Source: a virus (taxonomy: Duplodnaviria > Caudoviricetes). From it: a stretch of 32,011 nucleotides of DNA. Location of the stretch: positions 1 through 32,011 of IMG/VR virus record IMGVR_UViG_3300025155_000130; one strand, given 5' to 3'. Under the pieces are notes generated by a model, which was not told the DNA's origin, made no database searches, and saw nothing but the letters and a program-made list of their open reading frames with translations. The position numbers were made by a program, and so were the translations under genes. Positions within the stretch are counted from its first letter, which is position 1; each line of letters begins with the position of its first letter. Positions 18,209 to 26,877 of this stretch are shown here, one piece after another.

Positions 18209-19432
18209 CTAATCTTTCGTCAAAAATTTGAAAACATCTCCGCCATCGTATTTCTTACTTTTTCCACTATTTGAGGATGCGGATCGTCCTATGGGAAGTC
18301 TCTTTGTTGGAGTCTCATCATCTTTATTACCTTTTGGCCTTGATCCTTTTAAGGCTTCATTTCTTATGGATCTGATTACTTCGGGTAATAAAGTCTGAGC
18401 CTTTGACAAATAAGCACTTCGAATTTTATGGATTGAATCTGAAGAATACTTTGATTCCTTAGCCTTAATCCAAAGTTTATCTAAAATTGCTTTGAATCTT
18501 ACATCTTTATCAATTGTTTCTTCTAACTTCTCTGCGCATTCTTTAGTTGCATTCTTCTTTACATAAGCTGACATTTGATCTTTTGGATCAATGTTTCGGT
18601 CAATAGTTGATTTTACAACGTTATCAACTTTTCCTTGTAATTCTGTTCTAGCAGTTTCAAATTTAGAAGTTTCAAAGTCTTCGCGCTCTTTCTTTAATTT
18701 ATCTGCTTCTGGATTTGATTTTGATTCACCACCAAATTTGCCAACTGGTTTATAATTGTTGAGACCAGTTCCAAAAACCATCTGATGAATTAAATTAGCA
18801 GATTCCTTCATCAAAGTTTTAGTTTCATCATCTTTAGCAGAATCAGAATTCTTCCAAACATAATTAACTAAAGAATCCATCATCTTGTTGAAAACATGTG
18901 AGTATGCTTTTTCATCAAACGCGTGGAGATTCTCTAAATAACTATCAATGATTTTGCTATAGACTTCTGGGCTATGTTCTTTAACTGCGCCAAGAACAGT
19001 ATTAATATCTCCGGAAAAAATATTCTCTTCAAACTTACTTAGAATTCCAGCACGCTCTTGAGCTTCTTTTGCATCATCTAATGTTGGAAATACTTCTGCA
19101 TACTTCTGCTCGCGATAAATTGCTTTTTCAACTGAAGGAAATGTTTTAAATAAATCCGGGTATTTTGCTAAAATCTCTTTCCTTCGTGGAATAACATCTA
19201 CTAATTCTGATTCGAGATCATCTTCTTTTTCAAGTTCAATCTTTTCTTCAGAATCTTCTTCACTATCTTCCTTAGAATCTTTATCCTCATCTTTCGCGTC
19301 AGGTTCTTCTTCTTTAGTTTCTTCTTCATCTTCTTTAGTTTCATCTTCTTCTCTTGATTCTGCTTTCTTGTTCAATAAATCCAATACATCAGATTCATCT
19401 TTAAGTGGAATATCAATTACTTCGTTAGCCAT
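18209..19432 (-). CDS. capsid scaffolding protein
   Basis: Very acidic disordered N-terminus, helical body, basic/flexible C-terminus; lies between portal and capsid. Confidence 0.7.
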   Translation of the reverse strand: MANEVIDIPLKDESDVLDLLNKKAESREEDETKEDEEETKEEEPDAKDEDKDSKEDSEEDSEEKIELEKEDDLESELVDVIPRRKEILAKYPDLFKTFPSVEKAIYREQKYAEVFPTLDDAKEAQERAGILSKFEENIFSGDINTVLGAVKEHSPEVYSKIIDSYLENLHAFDEKAYSHVFNKMMDSLVNYVWKNSDSAKDDETKTLMKESANLIHQMVFGTGLNNYKPVGKFGGESKSNPEADKLKKEREDFETSKFETARTELQGKVDNVVKSTIDRNIDPKDQMSAYVKKNATKECAEKLEETIDKDVRFKAILDKLWIKAKESKYSSDSIHKIRSAYLSKAQTLLPEVIRSIRNEALKGSRPKGNKDDETPTKRLPIGRSASSNSGKSKKYDGGDVFKFLTKD

Positions 19433-21732
19433 TATACCTGTTCTCCCTGCTTTTCTGCACCTTTGGAGTCGGCAGAATTATTTGACTCTTGTTGTTGCAT
19501 TTGCTGCATCTGTAAGAAATTAATATGCCCCATCATATGAAGCATTACATTTCTATAGCCTAAAGGATTTTCAACTTTACAAATTCTTCCCGCGTCCGAT
19601 ACTAGCCACCTACGACAAATCTCAGATTGAATAAAATGATTATCAACAAATTGCTCAACTTCTATTGATGGTAATTCTTGTTCTTCAGCAGGCATTATAT
19701 TACCCATACCATCATCCATTGGTTGTCCGGGTAACATAATAGGCTCACTAATAATTAACTGCTGAATTTCCTCATATTGCTTAGTTCTATCATCATTGCC
19801 TGGAATTACAAACGAGTTCAATCCAATCACATTCTTTAATATATCAATATTTTCAGGTGCACTTAAGGCTTCAAGAATAAGAGGATTATTCAAATTCATC
19901 AAATTAAGAATAACATCTTTTTGCTGCAACCATGTAACTGGCATTTGTTCAGCAGCTTCTAATTCTACTGAACCAAGTTTACCAGCTAATTCGGATTTCT
20001 TAATTAGAATATTAATGAATCCACCATCTTTGGACTTTTCAACATATCTTTCATCATCAATAACTGATTGAATATATGCTGGAATAACCTTACCAAAAAT
20101 CTGTTTCCACCAAATACTTAACATTTTCCAAGTAGTTTGTAGTCTCTGTAATGCTTGAGCACGAGACATACTATATTCAGATGCAGTTTTACTACCAGCA
20201 GAATTTTCACCACCAAATAGACTTGGCAACGCGCCTGATACTAATTGACCTAATTCCTGCACCTTATTTGCAAATGGTAATACTTCACCTGATAGATTAG
20301 CAGTTTTAACTGAATAAAAACTTTCACCTAAAGTTCTTCCTGATTTTGGCTTAGCAGGAATTAAACTACCCGGAGATACTTCTTGTTGCCTATATGCATC
20401 AAAATTAACTACTTCTGGATCAACGAAAGTTTGTTCGATTCCATGTTCAATAGTTTGCAAAATTAGACTGATTAGGTCATTCGATATTTCTTGAATTGGT
20501 TCAAGTACTTTTCCTAAAGGCTCATGATGCAAGTAATCAGATAATGGATTCTCAGATAAAGTCCAATGATCATCTAATTTCTCAGCACATGCTTCTGCAA
20601 AGAAATCATTTACTTGAACTACTTTGACTCCAAATGGGTATAATTTTCTAAGTTTCTCAACTTCATCATCTTGCAAAATATTATATGCACTTGGTCTTAA
20701 CCATGTATTACTGCAAGTAGGAGTATCTTGTGGTTCTGTTCCTCTATATTGATTTGATACTCTACCCCATCTTTCGTAGTTAGAAGAATCATTTCCAGAA
20801 GATTTTAACTTACCTTTTTTATCAATATTCTTTCTTAAATCAGGAAATTGTTCTAATACATTTACTAAGTTAGTTTCATAGCTAAACCTTAAGTAAGGAG
20901 TATCTGCTTGTTTCTGTGCATAATTAGCAACTTTAACAAATAATCCGCCATATACTTCTAAACACTGACGAGATTTTGGTTTAGTAGTTTTGCCTATGAG
21001 TCTTTCAACTATTAATTTCTCGCGCTTGATTTGTGGATTAATAACTTGAGTTAAGCAAACAGGGCAAAAATTAACACCTTGATTCAATAAGTCATGTTGA
21101 TCAATTTCATTTTGACCCGGATCAAATTCATCTTGAACTTGATTCATTACTTGTTGATTAACTAATTGTGTTCCACATACATCACAAATTTTTTGATCAA
21201 CTTCTTGTTCCTGATCCTCATATTCATCTTCTTCATAAGTTCCATATTTCTCATCATAATCAGTATAGTTATAGCAGCAAATTAAACCCTCAGTTACAAA
21301 AACATATAATGCCTTAATCCAAAGTAATACTGCATCATTATGTCTATAAACTAACTCAGCAATCTTATCTCCACCTTTGGCCGTAGTAAGGTCGAGAGGA
21401 TCATCTGCATTATCAGGATAACATTTAATTGGAGGAACTGTAACTGATAATGCAGCGATAATTGATTCAGAGTAAGCCTTGAATATGTTAGGTCGCTTAT
21501 CATAATAGGCTGAGTCATTTGTAGAGTCATCGGCATATTGCTGGTCGTAGATTCTCCAATCATGTGCAGTCTCTGACCAAAAAGTATTAGCTAATCCATC
21601 CCATAATAACTTTAATCTTTTCCAAGTTCTAATTTGTCTGTCTCTTGTAGATGAATCTTCCTCTGCAAAGAATTGACAGACCTGTACTAGAAGGTTTTGA
21701 ATTTCTTCTGGTACTTCTTTTTTCTTAGCCAT
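19432..21732 (-). CDS. portal protein
   Basis: 766 aa downstream of the terminase; KTASEYSMSRAQALQRL tunnel-loop motif; Q-rich tail; P22-type size. Confidence 0.85.
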   Translation of the reverse strand: MAKKKEVPEEIQNLLVQVCQFFAEEDSSTRDRQIRTWKRLKLLWDGLANTFWSETAHDWRIYDQQYADDSTNDSAYYDKRPNIFKAYSESIIAALSVTVPPIKCYPDNADDPLDLTTAKGGDKIAELVYRHNDAVLLWIKALYVFVTEGLICCYNYTDYDEKYGTYEEDEYEDQEQEVDQKICDVCGTQLVNQQVMNQVQDEFDPGQNEIDQHDLLNQGVNFCPVCLTQVINPQIKREKLIVERLIGKTTKPKSRQCLEVYGGLFVKVANYAQKQADTPYLRFSYETNLVNVLEQFPDLRKNIDKKGKLKSSGNDSSNYERWGRVSNQYRGTEPQDTPTCSNTWLRPSAYNILQDDEVEKLRKLYPFGVKVVQVNDFFAEACAEKLDDHWTLSENPLSDYLHHEPLGKVLEPIQEISNDLISLILQTIEHGIEQTFVDPEVVNFDAYRQQEVSPGSLIPAKPKSGRTLGESFYSVKTANLSGEVLPFANKVQELGQLVSGALPSLFGGENSAGSKTASEYSMSRAQALQRLQTTWKMLSIWWKQIFGKVIPAYIQSVIDDERYVEKSKDGGFINILIKKSELAGKLGSVELEAAEQMPVTWLQQKDVILNLMNLNNPLILEALSAPENIDILKNVIGLNSFVIPGNDDRTKQYEEIQQLIISEPIMLPGQPMDDGMGNIMPAEEQELPSIEVEQFVDNHFIQSEICRRWLVSDAGRICKVENPLGYRNVMLHMMGHINFLQMQQMQQQESNNSADSKGAEKQGEQV

Positions 21733-21744
21733 TTTACTTAGAAA

Positions 21745-21894
21745 TTACTTAGAGAATAACTTCTTTTTCTTTTTTGAAGTTTTATTTAGAAATTCTTTTG
21801 CTACTTCTTCTGATGGACCAACTCCCTTACGAGATTTAGCTCCATGAGCAATTCCACTCATAAACTTAAACTGGGCTTTACTCTTAACAGGCAT
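21745..21894 (-). CDS. small basic protein (49 aa), not in ORF track
   Basis: MPVKSKAQFKFMSGIAHGAKSRKGVGPSEEVAKEFLNKTSKKKKKLFSK*; AGGAG SD upstream; MPxKSxAQ...VAKEF pattern familiar from portal-adjacent phage genes. Confidence 0.75.
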   Translation of the reverse strand: MPVKSKAQFKFMSGIAHGAKSRKGVGPSEEVAKEFLNKTSKKKKKLFSK

Positions 21895-21895
21895 A

Positions 21896-22231
21896 TTAAC
21901 TTACTCCTGATTTAGTAAGTAATTCTGCTTCAAGTTCATCATTCTTCTTTCGCGCTATACTTAATGCATTCGCGCGATCATTCTCTTCTAACATTCTACG
22001 CTTTTCAGCCCAAATTCTTGGTGCAGTTCTAACTGATTGTAATTGAGATAAATCAATTTCTTCTTCGGGTTCAATAATTTGCTTAGGAGGATTAATCATC
22101 TGATTTAATAATCTATCATATCTATCTTGTAATCTACTTAATTCAGCGCGCAGATATAATACTTCTGATTTATCATGATCAACACAATGATCGCAATGAG
22201 GATTCATTAATTTATGTAACCAGATAAACAT
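21896..22231 (-). CDS. hypothetical coiled-coil protein with HCDHC motif
   Basis: ORF between terminase and portal. Confidence 0.65.
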   Translation of the reverse strand: MFIWLHKLMNPHCDHCVDHDKSEVLYLRAELSRLQDRYDRLLNQMINPPKQIIEPEEEIDLSQLQSVRTAPRIWAEKRRMLEENDRANALSIARKKNDELEAELLTKSGVS

Positions 22232-22233
22232 TT

Positions 22234-23862
22234 TTACATCCTATAAGCAGGTCTACGCGCATGATATCTTTTAATAGGCATTGGAAATCCATCTTTAGCA
22301 ATTTCCATTTTTCTACTATTTCGATAAAATGCAGTCCAATCTTGAGTATTTTGTAGTAATCTTTCTAATGCTTCTTGTTGTTCAACGCGCTTCATTTCAT
22401 CTACTGATTCACTAAAGAATCTATCTGCCCCATCACATAAATATCTTAATGCATCATATGGATCATCACCAGGAAATTCCGATACATCTTGAGTATGAGT
22501 CTTGTCATAGAAACAAGTTTTAATTGCACTAATTAGTCCTTCACATGATTTGAATATCTGCAATTTAGGAAGATTATCTTCTTGTTCAGGAGGACTTAAT
22601 GATTTAATATATGCATCATAATCTGCTTGAGTCTTATTACGAATTAACCAATCAGCAAATTCTGGTTTGAATACAGGTAATTCTGTTTCAGGAATATATT
22701 TCTGTGCCCATCTTAAGTATTCATGAACTAGCATCTTGCCCGAAATACGAGATCCCTGCGAATTACCAGTTAATTCAACTGATCTATCTAATGCTGATTC
22801 TATTTGCTGATGAATTGTATGTTCTTGCCCTCGATTTTGTGCAGCAGATTGACATAACCTAATAACACGAGGATTTTCTTTTTCTAAATAAGGCTTTGCT
22901 TCCGCACACCATTCTTCAATTTTCTTTCGCTGCCACATTAATTCGCGATAAACATAAAGTTTCTTACCTGGACTAATTGCTCCAAACAACATACACGTTG
23001 CAGCAGGGGGAGCAAATCCCCAATCTAATGAAACAATCTTAGGCCACCATGTAGGAATATGAATTGGATCAATTACATGCAACGCATTATCTGGTTCATC
23101 TGAATATCGTTTCTCGCGAAATTCATCAAATACTGCACCTTCATAAGCATTCCAGTCACCATATTTTTTAGCTTTACGTTCTGCTTCTGGTAATGCATCT
23201 AAGTCATTTTTATATTGCTGTGCAATATGTGGATTATCATCAATTGTTGCGGGAATAAATACGCGCTTTACTCCACCGCGTCCTACAATTATCTTTCCAC
23301 CGTCTGGGTATGGCTTGATGAAACGTTTATAAACAAACTGATGCCCAATATTTCCTGGATTTGATGCACTTCGAGCAATCATAGGAAGAACATGTTTTAA
23401 ATGTTCATCAACTCTGATACGCTGTAATACGATATAAGTATAGATCCATTCAGTAAAAGTAGTTAACTCATCAAATGCTACATAATTAGGCTGCATTGAA
23501 TCATAATTATGCACATCATCTTCATGCTCACAATGCCCCATGAAATACAACGCGCCCGATGGAAAAGTAAATACTCCATCTGCTGCATTATATGTTGCGC
23601 CAAATGGCCTAAAGAAATTCTTAGCGCGCGGAATTATTTCTCGTCTTAACTCAGGCATTGTTCTACGAAGAAATAATCCTTTAAAACTTTCGTGCTCATG
23701 CCATCCGAAAACTATCGGATACATTAATAATACATCTGATTTACCAGAACCAACACTTCCACCATATAGAGCTTCTTTTATAGTAAGCGGTATGCTTAAA
23801 AAACGCTCTTGTTTCACGGTCGGGCGCCATGAAAATTGTCCGGTTTCAATATCCCTAATCAT
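22234..23862 (-). CDS. terL: terminase large subunit
   Basis: Walker A YGGSVGSGKS, Walker B AFDELT, coupling motif ASNPG, nuclease LDWGF...DDPYDALRY. Confidence 0.95.
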   Translation of the reverse strand: MIRDIETGQFSWRPTVKQERFLSIPLTIKEALYGGSVGSGKSDVLLMYPIVFGWHEHESFKGLFLRRTMPELRREIIPRAKNFFRPFGATYNAADGVFTFPSGALYFMGHCEHEDDVHNYDSMQPNYVAFDELTTFTEWIYTYIVLQRIRVDEHLKHVLPMIARSASNPGNIGHQFVYKRFIKPYPDGGKIIVGRGGVKRVFIPATIDDNPHIAQQYKNDLDALPEAERKAKKYGDWNAYEGAVFDEFREKRYSDEPDNALHVIDPIHIPTWWPKIVSLDWGFAPPAATCMLFGAISPGKKLYVYRELMWQRKKIEEWCAEAKPYLEKENPRVIRLCQSAAQNRGQEHTIHQQIESALDRSVELTGNSQGSRISGKMLVHEYLRWAQKYIPETELPVFKPEFADWLIRNKTQADYDAYIKSLSPPEQEDNLPKLQIFKSCEGLISAIKTCFYDKTHTQDVSEFPGDDPYDALRYLCDGADRFFSESVDEMKRVEQQEALERLLQNTQDWTAFYRNSRKMEIAKDGFPMPIKRYHARRPAYRM

Positions 23863-24296
23863 TAATGTTTACCATGTACTCTAATATATTGAATCATACA
23901 AATTAATATAAATGGATCTTCCTTAACTAATCCTAAGGTAACATTACAATTATGACAAAGTAAAGCTCTAATCTTCCCAGTTCTATGACAATGATCTACT
24001 GCTAATCTATTTCTAACTGAACATTCTTCTCTACAAATTTCGCATTTACCATTTTGTGCAGCTAACATTTTTGCATATTCAATAGGATCTAAATCAAATC
24101 TCCATTTTATATATTGATCACTTCGAGCTTTTGAAGTTCTAGAAGGTCGTTTAGTATCACGAATTCTATCACAAGGTATACAACAAGTTTGTAAATATCC
24201 ATTTTTAAAACGAGAATTATCTTTAGTTAATATAGTTCCACAATCTTTACATTTCTCCCCAAGTAATTTTCTTGAACCCATTTTACCACTAGCCAT
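23862..24296 (-). CDS. recombination endonuclease VII-type HNH nuclease
   Basis: QNGKCEIC...LAVDHCHRTGKIRALLCHNCNVTLG; N-terminal CxxC...CxxC. Confidence 0.9.
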   Translation of the reverse strand: MASGKMGSRKLLGEKCKDCGTILTKDNSRFKNGYLQTCCIPCDRIRDTKRPSRTSKARSDQYIKWRFDLDPIEYAKMLAAQNGKCEICREECSVRNRLAVDHCHRTGKIRALLCHNCNVTLGLVKEDPFILICMIQYIRVHGKH

Positions 24297-24298
24297 AA

Positions 24299-24580
24299 TT
24301 ACTTTCCATTACCAGTACCTTCAAGTTTATTTACTTGATCACGCACTACTGATGCATAATCATTATCTTTATCTGGATCAGGCAATGGATGAGATTTAAG
24401 ATATGAACCTGCTGCAATTAATGCACCAACCATAACAACTGATCCTAATTTAATCCATGACCCTTCACCAAAAGGATTAAAATCATTAGGATCAACAATA
24501 AGCACAGTAATACCATTACCTACTGCTGATACTGCTGATGCAAATAATCCATGTAACCAAACTCGATATTTATAATTCAT
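24299..24580 (-). CDS. putative holin (2 TM)
   Basis: Two hydrophobic helices, then YLKSHPLP and a charged C-terminus. Confidence 0.55.
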   Translation of the reverse strand: MNYKYRVWLHGLFASAVSAVGNGITVLIVDPNDFNPFGEGSWIKLGSVVMVGALIAAGSYLKSHPLPDPDKDNDYASVVRDQVNKLEGTGNGK

Positions 24581-24582
24581 TG

Positions 24583-24747
24583 TTAAATTCCTGACAAATC
24601 ACCTGATGCAATTTTCTTTTGTTTATCTAATTCAGCATCAATTTGAGTAATCATGTTTGTTAAAACTTCTGAGTCATCTTTATCACGATTACCTAAATAT
24701 TCAAATAATGCTTTCAACGCGATTAAAATTAAAGTTTGTTGATCCAT
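24583..24747 (-). CDS. small helical hypothetical protein
   Basis: Likely start MDQQTLILIALK at 24747 with AAGGA SD. Confidence 0.5.
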   Translation of the reverse strand: MDQQTLILIALKALFEYLGNRDKDDSEVLTNMITQIDAELDKQKKIASGDLSGI

Positions 24748-25165
24748 GAATTTCCTTTTGATAAGCCTTCCAATTTTCAATAATAGAAAAAATTAATTTT
24801 ACTTGAGCACTTAATTTAGCTTTGAATTCTGAGTTTGATAAAACTTCAATAAAATTATTTACTGTATTAAATGTTAAAATACTAAATCTATCAAATTCAG
24901 AATTTAAAGTAGAACTATTTGTTTGAATAAGAATAACAATTTGTTTATTTAATTCTAATGCAGGTACTAGATAAATCTTGGAAAATATTATTCTATCTTC
25001 TGAACTAATTTGCTTAGCAACAAATGCGGCATCAGCAATATCCCCAGCAGTTTGTAATGCTGTAAATAATACTTGAGTATAATTAATTGCTGTTCGCCTT
25101 GGTGTAGAGGCACAATTAATTATTACAAGTAATGTTAATGTAATGCTAATTCTTTTAAGAATCAT
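24701..25165 (-). CDS. putative lipoprotein (lysis accessory / spanin-like?)
   Basis: MILKR, hydrophobic stretch, IINC-AS lipobox-like signal. Confidence 0.5.
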   Translation of the reverse strand: MILKRISITLTLLVIINCASTPRRTAINYTQVLFTALQTAGDIADAAFVAKQISSEDRIIFSKIYLVPALELNKQIVILIQTNSSTLNSEFDRFSILTFNTVNNFIEVLSNSEFKAKLSAQVKLIFSIIENWKAYQKEIHGSTNFNFNRVESII

Positions 25166-25189
25166 TGTAATTTTCCAATAGATTCATAA

Positions 25190-25513
25190 CTAATACACAA
25201 TCAAAACCTGCAACTCATCATTCGTTGATCCAAGAACATAGAAGTCACCAAGAGAAATATAACCATTACCACCCAACTCAATAATTGTTGGAGCATATGG
25301 AATTGATGTAAGAGGAATTTCAATCCTATAACCAAAATCTGTTGATGTAAGTGTTCTTTGATTACCACCAACATATGCTACTGCTACATTTGCTGAATGA
25401 GCTTGAAGTGATAAAAAGCGTAAAACATTTCCAACTCCTGCACCACCTGCTAATGCTGTAGCAAGATTAATTGGTGTTCCAGTTGTAAGTGCTACCGTAA
25501 AGTGGTTAACCAT
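25190..25513 (-). CDS. small beta-sandwich structural protein
   Basis: Likely start MVNHFTVALT at 25513; LQAHSANVAVAYVGG pattern of phage fibre/decoration domains. Confidence 0.55.
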   Translation of the reverse strand: MVNHFTVALTTGTPINLATALAGGAGVGNVLRFLSLQAHSANVAVAYVGGNQRTLTSTDFGYRIEIPLTSIPYAPTIIELGGNGYISLGDFYVLGSTNDELQVLIVY

Positions 25514-25644
25514 GTTATAAATCCAATCATTGCTGAAACCCAATTCATTCTATAACCGCGTCTATATCTACTTGCAAGAGAAATTGTTCCTGATGGAGGT
25601 GGAGGAAGCCATCCTGACCAAAAGAATAAATACATTGCTAACAT
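25492..25644 (-). CDS. small hypothetical protein (50 aa), not in ORF track
   Basis: MLAMYLFFWSGWLPPPPSGTISLASRYRRGYRMNWVSAMIGFITWLTTLR*; ATG immediately follows the upstream stop. Confidence 0.5.
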   Translation of the reverse strand: MLAMYLFFWSGWLPPPPSGTISLASRYRRGYRMNWVSAMIGFITWLTTLR

Positions 25645-26124
25645 TTATAATCCAATACAATCTGGATAATTAATTAATCCATCAACTAATGTTGTAGCTG
25701 GTGAAGCATCAGTTCCAGTTCCAGTAGAAAATAGTTTCTCAATTCGCGTAGCACTTCTCTTACAATGAACATATACTGCTGCTCTAACTGCTAAATCTGC
25801 TGCTGTTCCTACCCAAACTGTATCAATTCCGGCGCGAATCCCCGGATTAGATGGATTTATTGAACCTTGTCCTGCATCAAACATCCATTCCCAAATGCGA
25901 GCTTTTCCAACTCCAAGATTATCTACTCTAGTCCAATCAAAATTATCAATCATTATTTCTTGCTGAGGAACAGAATTTCGCCAAATAATAAAATTTGGAG
26001 CTGCGAGAGAATTTAATAGATCAACTAATCCTGATAAATCTCCATCTGTATAAAGAACCAACAAATCAGCAGTTGCTAATATATGAGCTTTAAGAATAAT
26101 CTTTTGAGCAGATGTTAATATCAT
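25645..26124 (-). CDS. tail-fibre-associated protein (159 aa)
   Basis: LTSAQKIILKAHIL...WTRVDNL..GKARIW...KRSATRIEKLF..GTGT..SPAT; coupled to the LamG-like gene. Confidence 0.55.
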   Translation of the reverse strand: MILTSAQKIILKAHILATADLLVLYTDGDLSGLVDLLNSLAAPNFIIWRNSVPQQEIMIDNFDWTRVDNLGVGKARIWEWMFDAGQGSINPSNPGIRAGIDTVWVGTAADLAVRAAVYVHCKRSATRIEKLFSTGTGTDASPATTLVDGLINYPDCIGL

Positions 26125-26849
26125 TATGCTATAAATCTCTTGAGAGGTCGCGTGAAGTTAGTACGTTTATTAAAATTTGATAATAAATTATTTTTGCCTA
26201 TTGAAGCACCAGTAACAATACCATGATTTCCATTACCCGACCAATCAAGTTGTGTACTGGTACCATTTTGTCCAAGTTCCCAATAACCTCTTCTAGGAAG
26301 AGGAATATCTCTTGTCCATGCCGCACAAATTTGTGCTAACGTCATATTCTCATTAACAAACGAAATAGACAACAGTTCTCCATTGACATCCTCTTCGGAA
26401 CCAAGACCATTATTACCAAGTAACATAATCTCTGCTGACGTGTCATGATAGCCACTCCCATCAGTAGTCACGTTCAACGTCTGAAGTGTGGGTGGGGTGT
26501 TGAGAAGCCCTTTATATATTCGCACCAAATCATTAGCCGACCCACTAGGATTGAAGGTAAAGGCGAAAAAATTAATCACCCCGATTGACCACGGGTGGGC
26601 CGTGATCTGATACTTCAACGTCACGGTCCCGGTGATTTCAAACTCACATACCCCACTACTCGTTCGCCAAGTAATCCGCACTCTCGGTGTAAATGGTGAA
26701 CCAACATGCGCCTTACCAAAAAGACCACAGTTTCCAGCATCATTTATGGGCACAAACCATCCATATGCCGACCATGCGGCCGCGGCCATATTCCACCCCA
26801 TCGTACCCACATTAACATATTCAACATCAGAATCGAAGAGAAGTGACAT
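26124..26849 (-). CDS. LamG / concanavalin-A-like lectin domain protein (putative receptor binding)
   Basis: SLLFD...YVNVG, FFAFTF, RIY, LLGN, GYWEL...DWSGNGNHG motifs. Confidence 0.75.
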   Translation of the reverse strand: MSLLFDSDVEYVNVGTMGWNMAAAAWSAYGWFVPINDAGNCGLFGKAHVGSPFTPRVRITWRTSSGVCEFEITGTVTLKYQITAHPWSIGVINFFAFTFNPSGSANDLVRIYKGLLNTPPTLQTLNVTTDGSGYHDTSAEIMLLGNNGLGSEEDVNGELLSISFVNENMTLAQICAAWTRDIPLPRRGYWELGQNGTSTQLDWSGNGNHGIVTGASIGKNNLLSNFNKRTNFTRPLKRFIA

Positions 26850-26877
26850 TGTTAACCAGACTACTAGAAAGAATTCA

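Noticed and set aside
22560-22715. Intein or intron in terL
   Set aside because: Only a ~45-aa in-frame insert without intein splice residues; the reading frame is continuous.
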